From: Bacteroidota bacterium
GTDB lineage: Bacteria > Bacteroidota > Bacteroidia > Chitinophagales > JADIYW01
NCBI GenBank assembly: GCA_016705125.1
Contig: JADIYW010000025.1
Span: forward strand, 6,722 to 70,721
Length of the DNA stretch: 64,000 nt
Direction: 5' to 3'
In this document: one piece after another, positions 48,121 to 55,892 of the stretch
Position numbering within the stretch: the first letter of the stretch is position 1
Layout: each line of letters begins with the position of its first letter
Notes under the pieces: generated by a model
The model's input: only the letters and a program-made list of their open reading frames with translations
The model's database searches: none
Told to the model about the DNA's origin: nothing
Program-made: the position numbers and the translations under genes

Positions 48121-49107
48121 TTAAAGTAATACATCGTTAAATGGTTCAATTTTCGGTGGCAAGTTTGTTTCATCCAACATTTCTAAAATATCAATTTCTA
48201 TATTTCTACAAATAGTTGAAATTGGAGTATCGTTTATTCCATTGTCAAATGGATTTTCGCTGGCTTCTCCAATTTGTTCCATTGTCATAAACACCCAAGA
48301 AATAAGGACAGAAAAAGGAATAACAAGAAAAATTCCTTACTCACCAAATTTGCTCATTTCAGTCAGTAATGCAAATGGCAACAGAAAAATAAAGAGTTGC
48401 ACAAAAATGCGACTAAATAAACTATACTGTCTAAACAAAGGGGTTGTTTTTATACGTTCACATCCACCTTGAAGATTATATAACTCTGCCAATAATTTTG
48501 TTAAATCGCTATGTTCATAATCATCAATAATCTTCTCTCGTTTTAGTTTTGTAATTACTTCAAACTGATATTTTAATGTATAATTTGCAATATTTCCCCT
48601 ATGTTTTACCTTTTCAAATATTTCTGCTTTATCCAACTTGTCAAAAAGTTCTTTTATAGCGATGTCAAATTCTTTAATTTCATCAGAAGCAGATATAATT
48701 TGTTGATGATAATTTTCTCTGTTGGTTGCCCAAGGAATGGTTTTACGAAGTTGTAATCGTAGAATGTTTATGTAAGCGATATGCCTATTTAAAAAAGCTC
48801 TTTGTTTTGATTTATCATCTATTAATGAAATAAATAATGCGGTTAAAGTTCTACTGGTATTGGTTATTCCTCCCCATAATCTTCTTGCTTCCCAGAGCCT
48901 GTCATAGGCTTGATTGTTTTTAAAACCTACATAAAATGCAACTGCAGTACCAATTGAGGCTACAGGTAAAAAAGGAATGGCAATAAATTCCCATTCCAAA
49001 AAATGAAATACGGCTACTACTATACTACTTAATAGCAAAGTAATGATAATGTTTTTCTTTCCAAAAACCCACATCGCTTTAAGGGTCATTTTTTTGTTTA
49101 TAAGCAT
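48121..49107 (-). pseudogene. bestrophin/YneE (UPF0187) family anion channel interrupted by an in-frame TAA
   Basis: The track ORF ends at 48337 (...LLTEMSKFGE*). The same frame continues for 71 more codons, GIFLVIPFSVLISWVFMTMEQIGEASENPFDNGINDTPISTICRNIEIDILEML..., to TAA at 48121. This stretch contains the conserved ENPF(D/G) channel motif. Confidence 0.7.
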
Positions 49108-49129
49108 GATTTTTATTTTTTAAAAATAA

Positions 49130-49762
49130 TTAGTTATTTGATAAGGAAACATACTTATTTAGTTCTGTTGGATTTTCGGCTTGTTTTACCATATAATCAG
49201 CCACATCCGCACGATTTATATTGCCAATATTGATGCCTTTAAATAAAGTTGTTTCTGCTCTATATTTTTCTGTTAAAGGATTATCTTTTAAAATTCCTGC
49301 TCTTACTATTTCCCACTTCATTGAGGATTTTGCAATGATTTCTTCCATTTTTGTTTTATCGGCATAAACATCTTTTAATAAAAATTTGAAAAACAATTTC
49401 ATCATAAAAGAATGGTAAGCTCCACTTTCACCTGCTCCAAACCCTGTCAAAACAATGAAAGGAATTTGTGTACTCATTTCTTTTTGAACTTCAACCAAAA
49501 GTTTTGCAAAATCGGAATATAAGGTTGTTGTCTTCATGCTTTTTCCTGTGCCCAATGCGACGATTACTGCATCAGCGTTTGCAATAGATTTTTTTAAATC
49601 ATCTTTATTTGTTGCGCTGCCTTTTAGAGTGGTTAAATTCTTATGGCTTGGTAATTTAATTTCAGAACGTGAAAGAGTGGTTATTTTATGGTTTCTGTCT
49701 AATGCTCTTTTGACGGTTTCCAAACCAACGCCTGCCGAAGCACCTATAATTGTTATATTCAT
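49130..49762 (-). CDS. NAD(P)H-binding (NmrA/atypical SDR-like) protein
   Basis: 210 aa. MNITIIGASAGVGLETVKRAL Rossmann motif. Divergent from an HxlR regulator. Confidence 0.75.
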   Translation of the reverse strand: MNITIIGASAGVGLETVKRALDRNHKITTLSRSEIKLPSHKNLTTLKGSATNKDDLKKSIANADAVIVALGTGKSMKTTTLYSDFAKLLVEVQKEMSTQIPFIVLTGFGAGESGAYHSFMMKLFFKFLLKDVYADKTKMEEIIAKSSMKWEIVRAGILKDNPLTEKYRAETTLFKGINIGNINRADVADYMVKQAENPTELNKYVSLSNN

Positions 49763-49867
49763 TCTATCTTTATTTAATTATTTGGACAAAGGTAAAATAT
49801 AGTATCTAAAATATACTACATTTGCATGGAATAGCGCTATCTTTTTGGATACTACAATATTATAGAA

Positions 49868-50200
49868 ATGATGAATAAACAAAAACATATTCCAAATAGA
49901 GATGTACAAGATGTAATTGAACTCATTGGTGGCCGTTGGCGTGGTGCAATTTTAGCAAGTTTGTGTGATAAAGAAAAACGTTTTAACGAATTGAAAAGAG
50001 ATTTGGGAACCATTACACCACGAACTCTGACCAAAGAATTAAAATATTTGGAAATTAATAAATTGGTCATTCGAGAGGTAGATGCAGAAGGTTCAATTTC
50101 TGTTGTTTATAGTTTGACTAAACATGGTATGTCATTAGAACCCTTAATTGGTCAAATTGTGGTTTGGGGTCAAAAACACAGAAAGGAAGTATTGGGTTAG
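49868..50200 (+). CDS. HxlR family winged-helix transcriptional regulator
   Basis: 110 aa. VQDVIELIGGRWRGAILASL...RFNELKRDLGTITPRTLTKELKYLEINKLV. Confidence 0.85.
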   Translation: MMNKQKHIPNRDVQDVIELIGGRWRGAILASLCDKEKRFNELKRDLGTITPRTLTKELKYLEINKLVIREVDAEGSISVVYSLTKHGMSLEPLIGQIVVWGQKHRKEVLG

Positions 50201-50253
50201 TTTTTTTGTCTTTTCAATAATTACAGACGGCTTGTTAGGGTTGAAAGTAATTT

Positions 50254-50466
50254 CAGACTCCTACATAGGCGGGACAGATAGAAAAAAAACTTCTAACAAT
50301 ATTCTAGTAAAAATAGTATCATTTATCGTATCTTTTTCGTGTTTTGATAAAATAAAGGGAATGGATTTTAATGCAGAATATGAAACTCAGCAGTCAAAAA
50401 ATTAAAAACCCATAAGCATCAAAAAAAGTACAATAGCTACCCAAAACGAAAGCAAATAGGGCATCG
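50254..50466 (-). repeat. conserved spacer module, copy 1 (most diverged)
   Basis: Shares cagactc..gggacag..gaaaaaa(a)cttc.aacaat...aaaatagtat.atttatc.ta...ttttcgt...cagaatatgaaac...aaaaaattaaaaacccataag with 51152-51336. Confidence 0.6.
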
Positions 50467-50531
50467 CTTCAACAACCCTTTAAAATGAAATTTTTTTTTG
50501 GGAAAAAACACCGTTTAAACCTTATCTGTTA
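50467..50531 (-). repeat. attC-like imperfect hairpin repeat, copy 1
   Basis: Plus strand: cttcaacaaccctttaaaatgaaatttttttttgggaaaaaacaccgtttaaaccttatctgtta. Ends 10 nt before the ParE-like stop. The inner stem is a T-run/A-run instead of TTTTGC/GCAAAA. Confidence 0.6.
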
Positions 50532-50540
50532 TACAAGGGT

Positions 50541-50846
50541 TTATTTTAATTTTCTTTTCTTAGGATCTTGTCTGTTTGAAAAAAATAAAAGAATTTCAAC
50601 ATTATTTTCATTGATTCTATAATACAAAGTACTTAATTTCAAAACAACAGCTCTTCTAACATCTTTTTTAATTTCGGATGCTTGGAAAAGATATGGATTA
50701 TTTGAAATTAGAATTAAAGTTTTCTCAAGATTAGTAGCCAAGTTTCTGAGTTCTTTTTCGGTCCAATGTTCCTCTAAATATTCAACAGTTTTTTGTAATT
50801 CCTTCAGCGCATTGTCAGTCCAAAGAATTTTATAACCATTTTTCAT
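50541..50846 (-). CDS. type II toxin-antitoxin system RelE/ParE-family toxin
   Basis: 101 aa. YKILWTDNALKELQKTVEYLEEHW...VVLKLSTLYYRINENNVEILLFFSNRQDP is the typical Bacteroidota ParE-like pattern. 17-nt overlap with the upstream antitoxin. Confidence 0.8.
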   Translation of the reverse strand: MKNGYKILWTDNALKELQKTVEYLEEHWTEKELRNLATNLEKTLILISNNPYLFQASEIKKDVRRAVVLKLSTLYYRINENNVEILLFFSNRQDPKKRKLK

Positions 50847-51069
50847 ATAATTTTCTAGCTGTTGAATGAGGATTTAGTTTTCCAGATTCTGCATCTTTCA
50901 AACCAAGTTCAATGAATTCTTTTTCATTTTCCGAAATAGAATTCCACCAATCTTTACTTTCCTTTTTTCTTAAATCCATAATTTTCTCAATAATTGAAGA
51001 ATCTTCAATTGTAGATAACCATTGGATCAATTCCAACTTCTGATTCAAAATATTTGGATTCACATTCAT
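50830..51069 (-). CDS. cognate antitoxin (addiction-module component)
   Basis: 79 aa. Position and overlap with the toxin. ...KLELIQWLSTIEDSSIIEKIMDL...WWNSISENEKEFIELGLKDAESGKL pattern. Confidence 0.65.
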   Translation of the reverse strand: MNVNPNILNQKLELIQWLSTIEDSSIIEKIMDLRKKESKDWWNSISENEKEFIELGLKDAESGKLNPHSTARKLYEKWL

Positions 51070-51151
51070 AATAGCAAAATTTAAAAAACAAAGTTAATAA
51101 TTAATTATTGTAGTTCTAAAAAAATGCGGATTAAAAACTGTTGTAGAACGT

Positions 51152-51336
51152 CAGACTCTCGCTTTGGCGGGACAGGTTGTGAAAAAACTTCCCACAATCT
51201 TTTGTAAAAATAGTATAATTTATCATACATTTTTCGTAATTTGTTTAAAAAAAAGGGGATGAATTTTATTACAGAATATGAAACAACGAAGGCAAAAAAT
51301 TAAAAACCCATAAGTAATCCATTCCGTAGGGCCACG
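51152..51336 (-). repeat. conserved spacer module, copy 2
   Basis: cagactctcgctttggcgggacaggttgtgaaaaaacttcccacaatc...attaaaaacccataagtaatccattcc. The ends are near-identical to copy 3, and the middle is similar to copy 1. Confidence 0.65.
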
Positions 51337-51401
51337 CTTCAACAGCCCTTTAAAACGCAATTTTTGCAGTAGCAAAATCAGGGTTTAAATGTTATATGTT
51401 A
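51337..51401 (-). repeat. attC-like imperfect hairpin repeat, copy 2
   Basis: cttcaacagccctttaaaacgcaatttttgcagtagcaaaatcagggtttaaatgttatatgtta. The final tta is the complement of the Fic gene TAA stop. Confidence 0.65.
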
Positions 51402-52016
51402 TGCATTGTTCTTTTCATCAATTAGCTCCAATATTAATTCTGTTAATATTTCAACATTACTCTGAATTGTTCCTTTCATATATCTTTCGTAAACACTTTT
51501 GTCATCAGGTGGATTTAGATTTAGTTTTAATTTCTTTTCTAAAGCCAATAACCTTAAAAATTCGCGTTGTGTTCGTCCATTTCCTTCTCTAAAAGGATGC
51601 AAATAGTTTACGTTGTCTAAAATTTCTGCTAATTTCTTTGCTAATTCTGTCTTATTGGACTTTTTTATTTTCCGATAATCTGAAATTAGAGTGTCGATAT
51701 ATTGAAAGCCAATATAAAATCTTTCACCGTTAAAAAAAGGTTTTCCATCCTTGCTTATATTTACGGTTCTAACTTGTCCTGCCCACTTATAAACATCTTG
51801 AAACAAATGATGATGAATTTTAAGCAATGTGTTAGAATCCTTAATTTTTATCGGATTTTCTAAAAATTCTTCAACTCGCTTAGTAACTTTTAAACTTTCA
51901 AACGCTAATAGAACTTTTTCGTTTTGAATGTTAGCTAAATTGTGAAGCAAACCATTTTTGTCAGTGTACTTAAAATCTGGATCTAAATAATGATAGCTAT
52001 TTTCATTATTTTCCAT
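51399..52016 (-). CDS. Fic family protein (AMPylase/adenylyltransferase-type)
   Basis: 205 aa. Canonical Fic motif HPFREGNGRTQR. Confidence 0.85.
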   Translation of the reverse strand: MENNENSYHYLDPDFKYTDKNGLLHNLANIQNEKVLLAFESLKVTKRVEEFLENPIKIKDSNTLLKIHHHLFQDVYKWAGQVRTVNISKDGKPFFNGERFYIGFQYIDTLISDYRKIKKSNKTELAKKLAEILDNVNYLHPFREGNGRTQREFLRLLALEKKLKLNLNPPDDKSVYERYMKGTIQSNVEILTELILELIDEKNNA

Positions 52017-52227
52017 AAATGGCGTATAGCTTTGTCAACAAGTCATTTTCTGATAATATACCTGTTTTCCAATCAACATAAAGTTGTACTAATTCTTTTG
52101 TCGGTTCAAATCCCTCAAACATATTTGTTCCAATTGCATTAGCCGTGTTTTCCAAACTTTTAAGGTCAGAAAATTTAACTCCCATTAAAGTGAGATTTTT
52201 ACGGTCTATATCTATTGTTTTATACAT
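52006..52227 (-). CDS. VbhA-like antitoxin / Fic inhibitory partner
   Basis: 73 aa. Overlaps the Fic start by 11 nt. Contains TNMFEG, which matches the [ST]xxxE[GN] inhibitory helix motif. Confidence 0.65.
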   Translation of the reverse strand: MYKTIDIDRKNLTLMGVKFSDLKSLENTANAIGTNMFEGFEPTKELVQLYVDWKTGILSENDLLTKLYAIYGK

Positions 52228-52321
52228 CTCTATGAATTTAAATACATTAACAAAATTACGAAAAAAATTTTAAAAATAGGTCGTTTTTTTCTTCGCTTCT
52301 CAATTAGATTAGTGCATAAAG

Positions 52322-52512
52322 CAGACTCCCGCTTTTTCGGGACAAGATGTGAAAAAACTTCCCACAATCATGCATAAAAATAAGCATAAATTTGGACTAT
52401 TATGCGTATCTGTCTAAAAAAAGAATACTGCATTTTATACCCCAGTTTGCCACATAGCCGGCAAAACATTAAAAACCCATAAGTAATCCATTCCAAATAG
52501 GGCTTCAATTCA
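52322..52512 (-). repeat. conserved spacer module, copy 3
   Basis: cagactcccgctttttcgggacaagatgtgaaaaaacttcccacaatc...cattaaaaacccataagtaatccattcc. Confidence 0.65.
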
Positions 52513-52582
52513 ACAGCCCTTTAAAACGCAATTTTTGAAGTAGCAAAATCAGCGTTTAAACCTTATATGTTAGCAGTAGTGG
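52513..52582 (-). repeat. attC-like imperfect hairpin repeat, copy 3
   Basis: cttcaattcaacagccctttaaaacgcaatttttgaagtagcaaaatcagcgtttaaaccttatatgtta. Has a 5-nt duplication at the outer end. Ends 7 nt before the stop of 52589-53158. Confidence 0.65.
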
Positions 52583-52588
52583 TTATAT

Positions 52589-53158
52589 TCACATTTCCAA
52601 TTCTATTTCCCATTCTTCAACTTTTTCATTGTCTAAAAACCATTGTGTTGCTCTGTCAATGGCATATTCTTGATTAGTTACTTTGTCTCCTGAAAACTGT
52701 AAATTGTTAGCCCATATAACAAATACTGTTTCCCAAAATGTCGCACCAAAAGTTATACATTCTTTAAATAGATTATTTGTCGAAGAAAGTTTTTCTATTT
52801 GGTCAAATGCTATTCTATAAGCAAAGTCTTTCAAACAATTCGTGAAATCTTCTCCATCAATGTCAAAATTTATTTCCCACTTTTCAAAGTTGTCAAAATG
52901 TCGAAAATTATCTAAATCAATAGTTTTGCATAGATACTGTGCAACCCTTTTACTCATTGGGTCTAAATTCTGTGACCTTTTTTTATGATTTGCAAATACG
53001 CAAAAAGCTTCGAAAAACAGATTTGGATTCTCTCTTATAAAGTCAATGTGGTATGTCTTTAACTGATTATTAAGTAGGTCAAAGTCCAGCGTCCCATTAA
53101 CAAAGTAATAAGTAAAAAACCTTATGTCTGCTTTTGATTTTAAGTCAAGTGAATTCAT
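52589..53158 (-). CDS. hypothetical cytoplasmic protein (cassette cargo, no recognisable motif)
   Basis: 189-aa ORF with ATG confirmed. Acidic and Trp/Phe-rich. No family recognised by eye. Confidence 0.4.
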   Translation of the reverse strand: MNSLDLKSKADIRFFTYYFVNGTLDFDLLNNQLKTYHIDFIRENPNLFFEAFCVFANHKKRSQNLDPMSKRVAQYLCKTIDLDNFRHFDNFEKWEINFDIDGEDFTNCLKDFAYRIAFDQIEKLSSTNNLFKECITFGATFWETVFVIWANNLQFSGDKVTNQEYAIDRATQWFLDNEKVEEWEIELEM

Positions 53159-53376
53159 TTTTGTTCTTTCGTTTGCGGTTTGCTACCATTCTGACTAACG
53201 TTTTTATAATTTATTGTATTTCAATTAGTTGTAATTTTTAAATCTTCATCAGTGAGTGCGAATTTAGTAATTTGTTTTTGAATTCTTTTTACAATTCCTA
53301 ATTTTCTTTTTTTTGAAATTCCAGGTTTTTTATAAATAAAATTTAATTACCCATACCCTCCACAAATTGAGCCACC

Positions 53377-53441
53377 CTTCAACAACCCTTTTAAACGCAA
53401 TTTTTGCTGTAGCAAAATCAGCGTTTAAACCTTATATGTTA
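53377..53441 (-). repeat. attC-like imperfect hairpin repeat, copy 4
   Basis: cttcaacaacccttttaaacgcaatttttgctgtagcaaaatcagcgtttaaaccttatatgtta. The final tta is the complement of the TAA stop of 53439-54377. Confidence 0.65.
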
Positions 53442-54377
53442 ACTGCCGTATTTCTTTCCCAAGTCATTTGTCAAGTTGCTAAATACATAATCGTGTTCCT
53501 GTCTAATACCAAGTTCTTCCATTGGTTGCCAATACCATCTTGGTGTCAAAACCGAAGTGTAGGTTGTCACGCGCGTCAATTTACAACTAGGGTCGTCAAC
53601 TTTGTCAAAATAGTAAATGGCTTGTTTAAAGCCAAGCCAATTACGTCCGATTAAATTATAGTCAGTTACGTCCATTTTTAAAATTTTTCCTCTTTCAAGT
53701 TCTGTAATTTTTTCAACAATTGTCCCGCCACCAAAGTCGGCATTACTGAAATTGCCGCCTTTAAAATAACAAGTCCTAATACCGCCAACTTCTTCTTTTT
53801 CTAACACGCATTTTGTCGGAACAGGTAAGTCAAAGCTCATTAAGAAGGGCTTTTCAGCGTCTAATGTGTCAACTGATTTAATAGCATCATAAACTTGTTC
53901 TGGGGTATAATTGAAAACTTGCTCTGTTCTTACTTCAATAATTTCCTCTTTGTCCTTTTTGAGAAAATGCTCTGTCGGTGCTGCAATTAAAAACGGAATA
54001 AGAGGTAAAATTAAAACAGAAAGTCTATTTGTGCCTTTGATTTGTTTATACCTTTTGACTAAATGAGAAATTACATAACCAAGAAAAATGAAAGGTGTAA
54101 CTAATGCCAATGCCATTACGATACAAATTAGTCCAGACAAACCTGGAATAACAAGGCATATCAGTATAATGGCTGCGGAAATTAATGCAGCCCTAAGGAT
54201 GTATTTTTTATTTGGCATTGACCCAATTGAAACGCCTAAAACAATTGGCAGAAGAACAAACAATACCCAACTATAGTCAACAAGTCCAAGAAATAGAAAT
54301 GCTATGCCTGTCCCGAGAAAAATTAGCGTCAGTATGATTGAAAGTTGGAAGCTTCTGTCTTTTAGTATTTCTTTCAT
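53439..54377 (-). CDS. membrane protein: N-terminal 4-TM region + C-terminal SRPBCC/START-like domain (tentative)
   Basis: 312 aa. The hydrophobic N-terminal ~130 aa are followed by a soluble ~180-aa domain (EVRTEQVFNYTPEQVYDAIKSV...VGGIRTCYF...) that resembles the polyketide-cyclase/SRPBCC layout. Confidence 0.4.
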   Translation of the reverse strand: MKEILKDRSFQLSIILTLIFLGTGIAFLFLGLVDYSWVLFVLLPIVLGVSIGSMPNKKYILRAALISAAIILICLVIPGLSGLICIVMALALVTPFIFLGYVISHLVKRYKQIKGTNRLSVLILPLIPFLIAAPTEHFLKKDKEEIIEVRTEQVFNYTPEQVYDAIKSVDTLDAEKPFLMSFDLPVPTKCVLEKEEVGGIRTCYFKGGNFSNADFGGGTIVEKITELERGKILKMDVTDYNLIGRNWLGFKQAIYYFDKVDDPSCKLTRVTTYTSVLTPRWYWQPMEELGIRQEHDYVFSNLTNDLGKKYGS

Positions 54378-54588
54378 TGTCTATTTTGTTGTCTGTTGTG
54401 TCGTTCTTTAATATGGCAGGTAACTTGTCTACATGCGCTAAGTCGTAACACACATACATCCTACTGTTGGTGCGATATGTGTAATTAGGTAGCTTTTTGT
54501 TTTTAAAACAAATCTATCCATTTTTTCTTTATAAATATATCAATTAAAGACAAATTTCCAAAAACCTCTCATTTCCCATTTCTCTCTT

Positions 54589-54702
54589 CCCCGCGTGAGG
54601 GATTGGAGCGGTATCCTTTTTTTTTGTCATGCATTTTGAGTTGGGCAAAAAAGATACAAGCGCAAAGCCCGACCGCTGCTTTTTGGAGCAGTGGGCACGC
54701 CC
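54589..54702. repeat. composite palindromic element between the cassette array and prfA
   Basis: Left arm ccccgcgtgagggattggagcggtatccttttttttt. Right arm caaaaaagatacaagcgcaaagcccgaccgctgctttttggagcagtgggcacgccc. The arms are imperfect inverted copies (AAAGGATACCGCTCCAATCCC vs AAAGATACAAGCGCAAAGCCC). The right arm holds an 8-bp hairpin, CCGCTGCT-ttttgg-AGCAGTGG. Confidence 0.4.
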
Positions 54703-54745
54703 AAATGAAATAAAAAATGGATTTATTTTTTAATCACAATTAGTC

Positions 54746-55816
54746 TTAAATGCCGCCTTCTTTCATTTTTTCGGCGTTTTCTTCAAATATCAATTTGTCG
54801 ATTATTTCTTGTATGTCGCCGTTCATGATGGCATCTAAATTGTACATGGTGAGGTTGATGCGGTGGTCGGTTACTCGCCCTTGCGGGTAATTGTAGGTTC
54901 TGATTTTGGCGCTTCTGTCGCCTGAAGAAACCATTGTTTTTCGTTTGGATGCAATCGCCTCATTGTGCACTGCTAATGCTTTTTCGTATATTCTACTGCG
55001 CAATACTTTCATCGCACTTTCGAAGTTTTGTATTTGCGAGCGGCCATCCTGGCACTCTACTACGGTATTGGTAGGTATATGCGTAACCCGCACTGCCGAC
55101 TCGGTTCGGTTTACGTGCTGTCCGCCCGCGCCACTTGCTCTGAACACATCGCGGCGGATATCGCCCATATTGATGTCTACATCCACTTCTTCGGCTTCGG
55201 GCAATACGGCTACGGTGGCGGCACTTGTATGCACGCGCCCCTGCGATTCGGTGTCGGGTACGCGCTGCACTCGGTGTACACCCGATTCGTACTTCAATAC
55301 ACCATATACTCCATCGCCTTCTACTTCAATTACTACTTCTTTGAATCCGCCGGCAGAGCCCAATGTTTGGTTCATAACGGTGGTTCGCCAGCCTTTTACT
55401 TCGCAATATTTCATGTACATTCGGTACAAATCGCCCGCAAATATGCTCGCTTCGTCGCCGCCTGTGCCGCCTCTTATTTCCAAAATGGCGTTTTTGTCGT
55501 CTTCTGGGTCTTTGGGAATGAGCAATTTTCTGATTTCCTCTTCCAATGGCTCCAGCTGTGCTTCGGTTTCGTCCAATTCCATTTTTGCAAGCTCCCTCAT
55601 TTCGGGGTCTTTTTCGGTATTTAGGGTTTCGCGGTTGAAACTTATATTGGACAATAAATTTTTATATACTTCATACGCCTCCACAATTGGCTCTAAGTCG
55701 CGATATTCTTTATTTACTTTTTTGTAATTAGACATATCGGCCACTAAACTTGGATCGCTTAATTTTTGTTCCAAATTTTTCCACCGTATTTTAATTGATT
55801 CTAACTTATCGAGCAT
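54746..55816 (-). CDS. prfA: peptide chain release factor 1
   Basis: 356 aa. GGQHVNRTESAVRVTHIPT (GGQ motif) in an RF1-type overall sequence. Confidence 0.95.
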   Translation of the reverse strand: MLDKLESIKIRWKNLEQKLSDPSLVADMSNYKKVNKEYRDLEPIVEAYEVYKNLLSNISFNRETLNTEKDPEMRELAKMELDETEAQLEPLEEEIRKLLIPKDPEDDKNAILEIRGGTGGDEASIFAGDLYRMYMKYCEVKGWRTTVMNQTLGSAGGFKEVVIEVEGDGVYGVLKYESGVHRVQRVPDTESQGRVHTSAATVAVLPEAEEVDVDINMGDIRRDVFRASGAGGQHVNRTESAVRVTHIPTNTVVECQDGRSQIQNFESAMKVLRSRIYEKALAVHNEAIASKRKTMVSSGDRSAKIRTYNYPQGRVTDHRINLTMYNLDAIMNGDIQEIIDKLIFEENAEKMKEGGI

Positions 55817-55892
55817 AATTGTAAAATAAAATGCAAAAATACAACTATTTGCGGCTATACGTTTTGATTTTTTGTCTTTTTAGTTTAAAAAA

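Noticed and set aside
50148-50405. 85-aa plus-strand ORF and a 14-codon mini-ORF (MDFNAEYETQQSKN / MNFITEYETTKAKN) inside spacer-module copies 1 and 2
   Set aside because: The long ORF overlaps the HxlR 3' end and runs through repeat DNA. The mini-ORF is absent (no ATG, different sequence) in copy 3, and its substitutions show no clear coding bias. I treat it as a chance ORF in a conserved non-coding module.
53230-53340. 35-codon minus-strand frame (...KKPGISKKRKLGIVKRIQKQITKFALTDEDLKITTN*) upstream of the 189-aa cassette gene
   Set aside because: There is no ATG, GTG or TTG start after the preceding in-frame stop. It may be a gene remnant but cannot be supported as a feature.
50467-53441. 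Regularly spaced identical repeats as a CRISPR array
   Set aside because: There are only four copies. The spacing is 0.87-1.2 kb and is filled with protein-coding genes. The repeat is 65 bp, and no cas genes are present.
50467-53441. The 65-bp hairpins as ordinary rho-independent terminators reused after each gene
   Set aside because: The stems are AT-rich and bulged, and no U-tract follows on either strand. Genuine terminators elsewhere in the window (22087-22122, 45463-45497) look very different. A terminator role cannot be fully excluded without transcript data.
54906-55727. Long plus-strand ORFs (273 aa at 54906-55727 and 198 aa at 55028-55624) antisense to prfA
   Set aside because: They lie entirely inside the strongly conserved RF1 gene. 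Their products are low-complexity (Ser/Thr/Ala/Pro- or Phe/Tyr/Gly-rich). They are explained by the higher-GC codon usage of prfA suppressing stops on the opposite strand.
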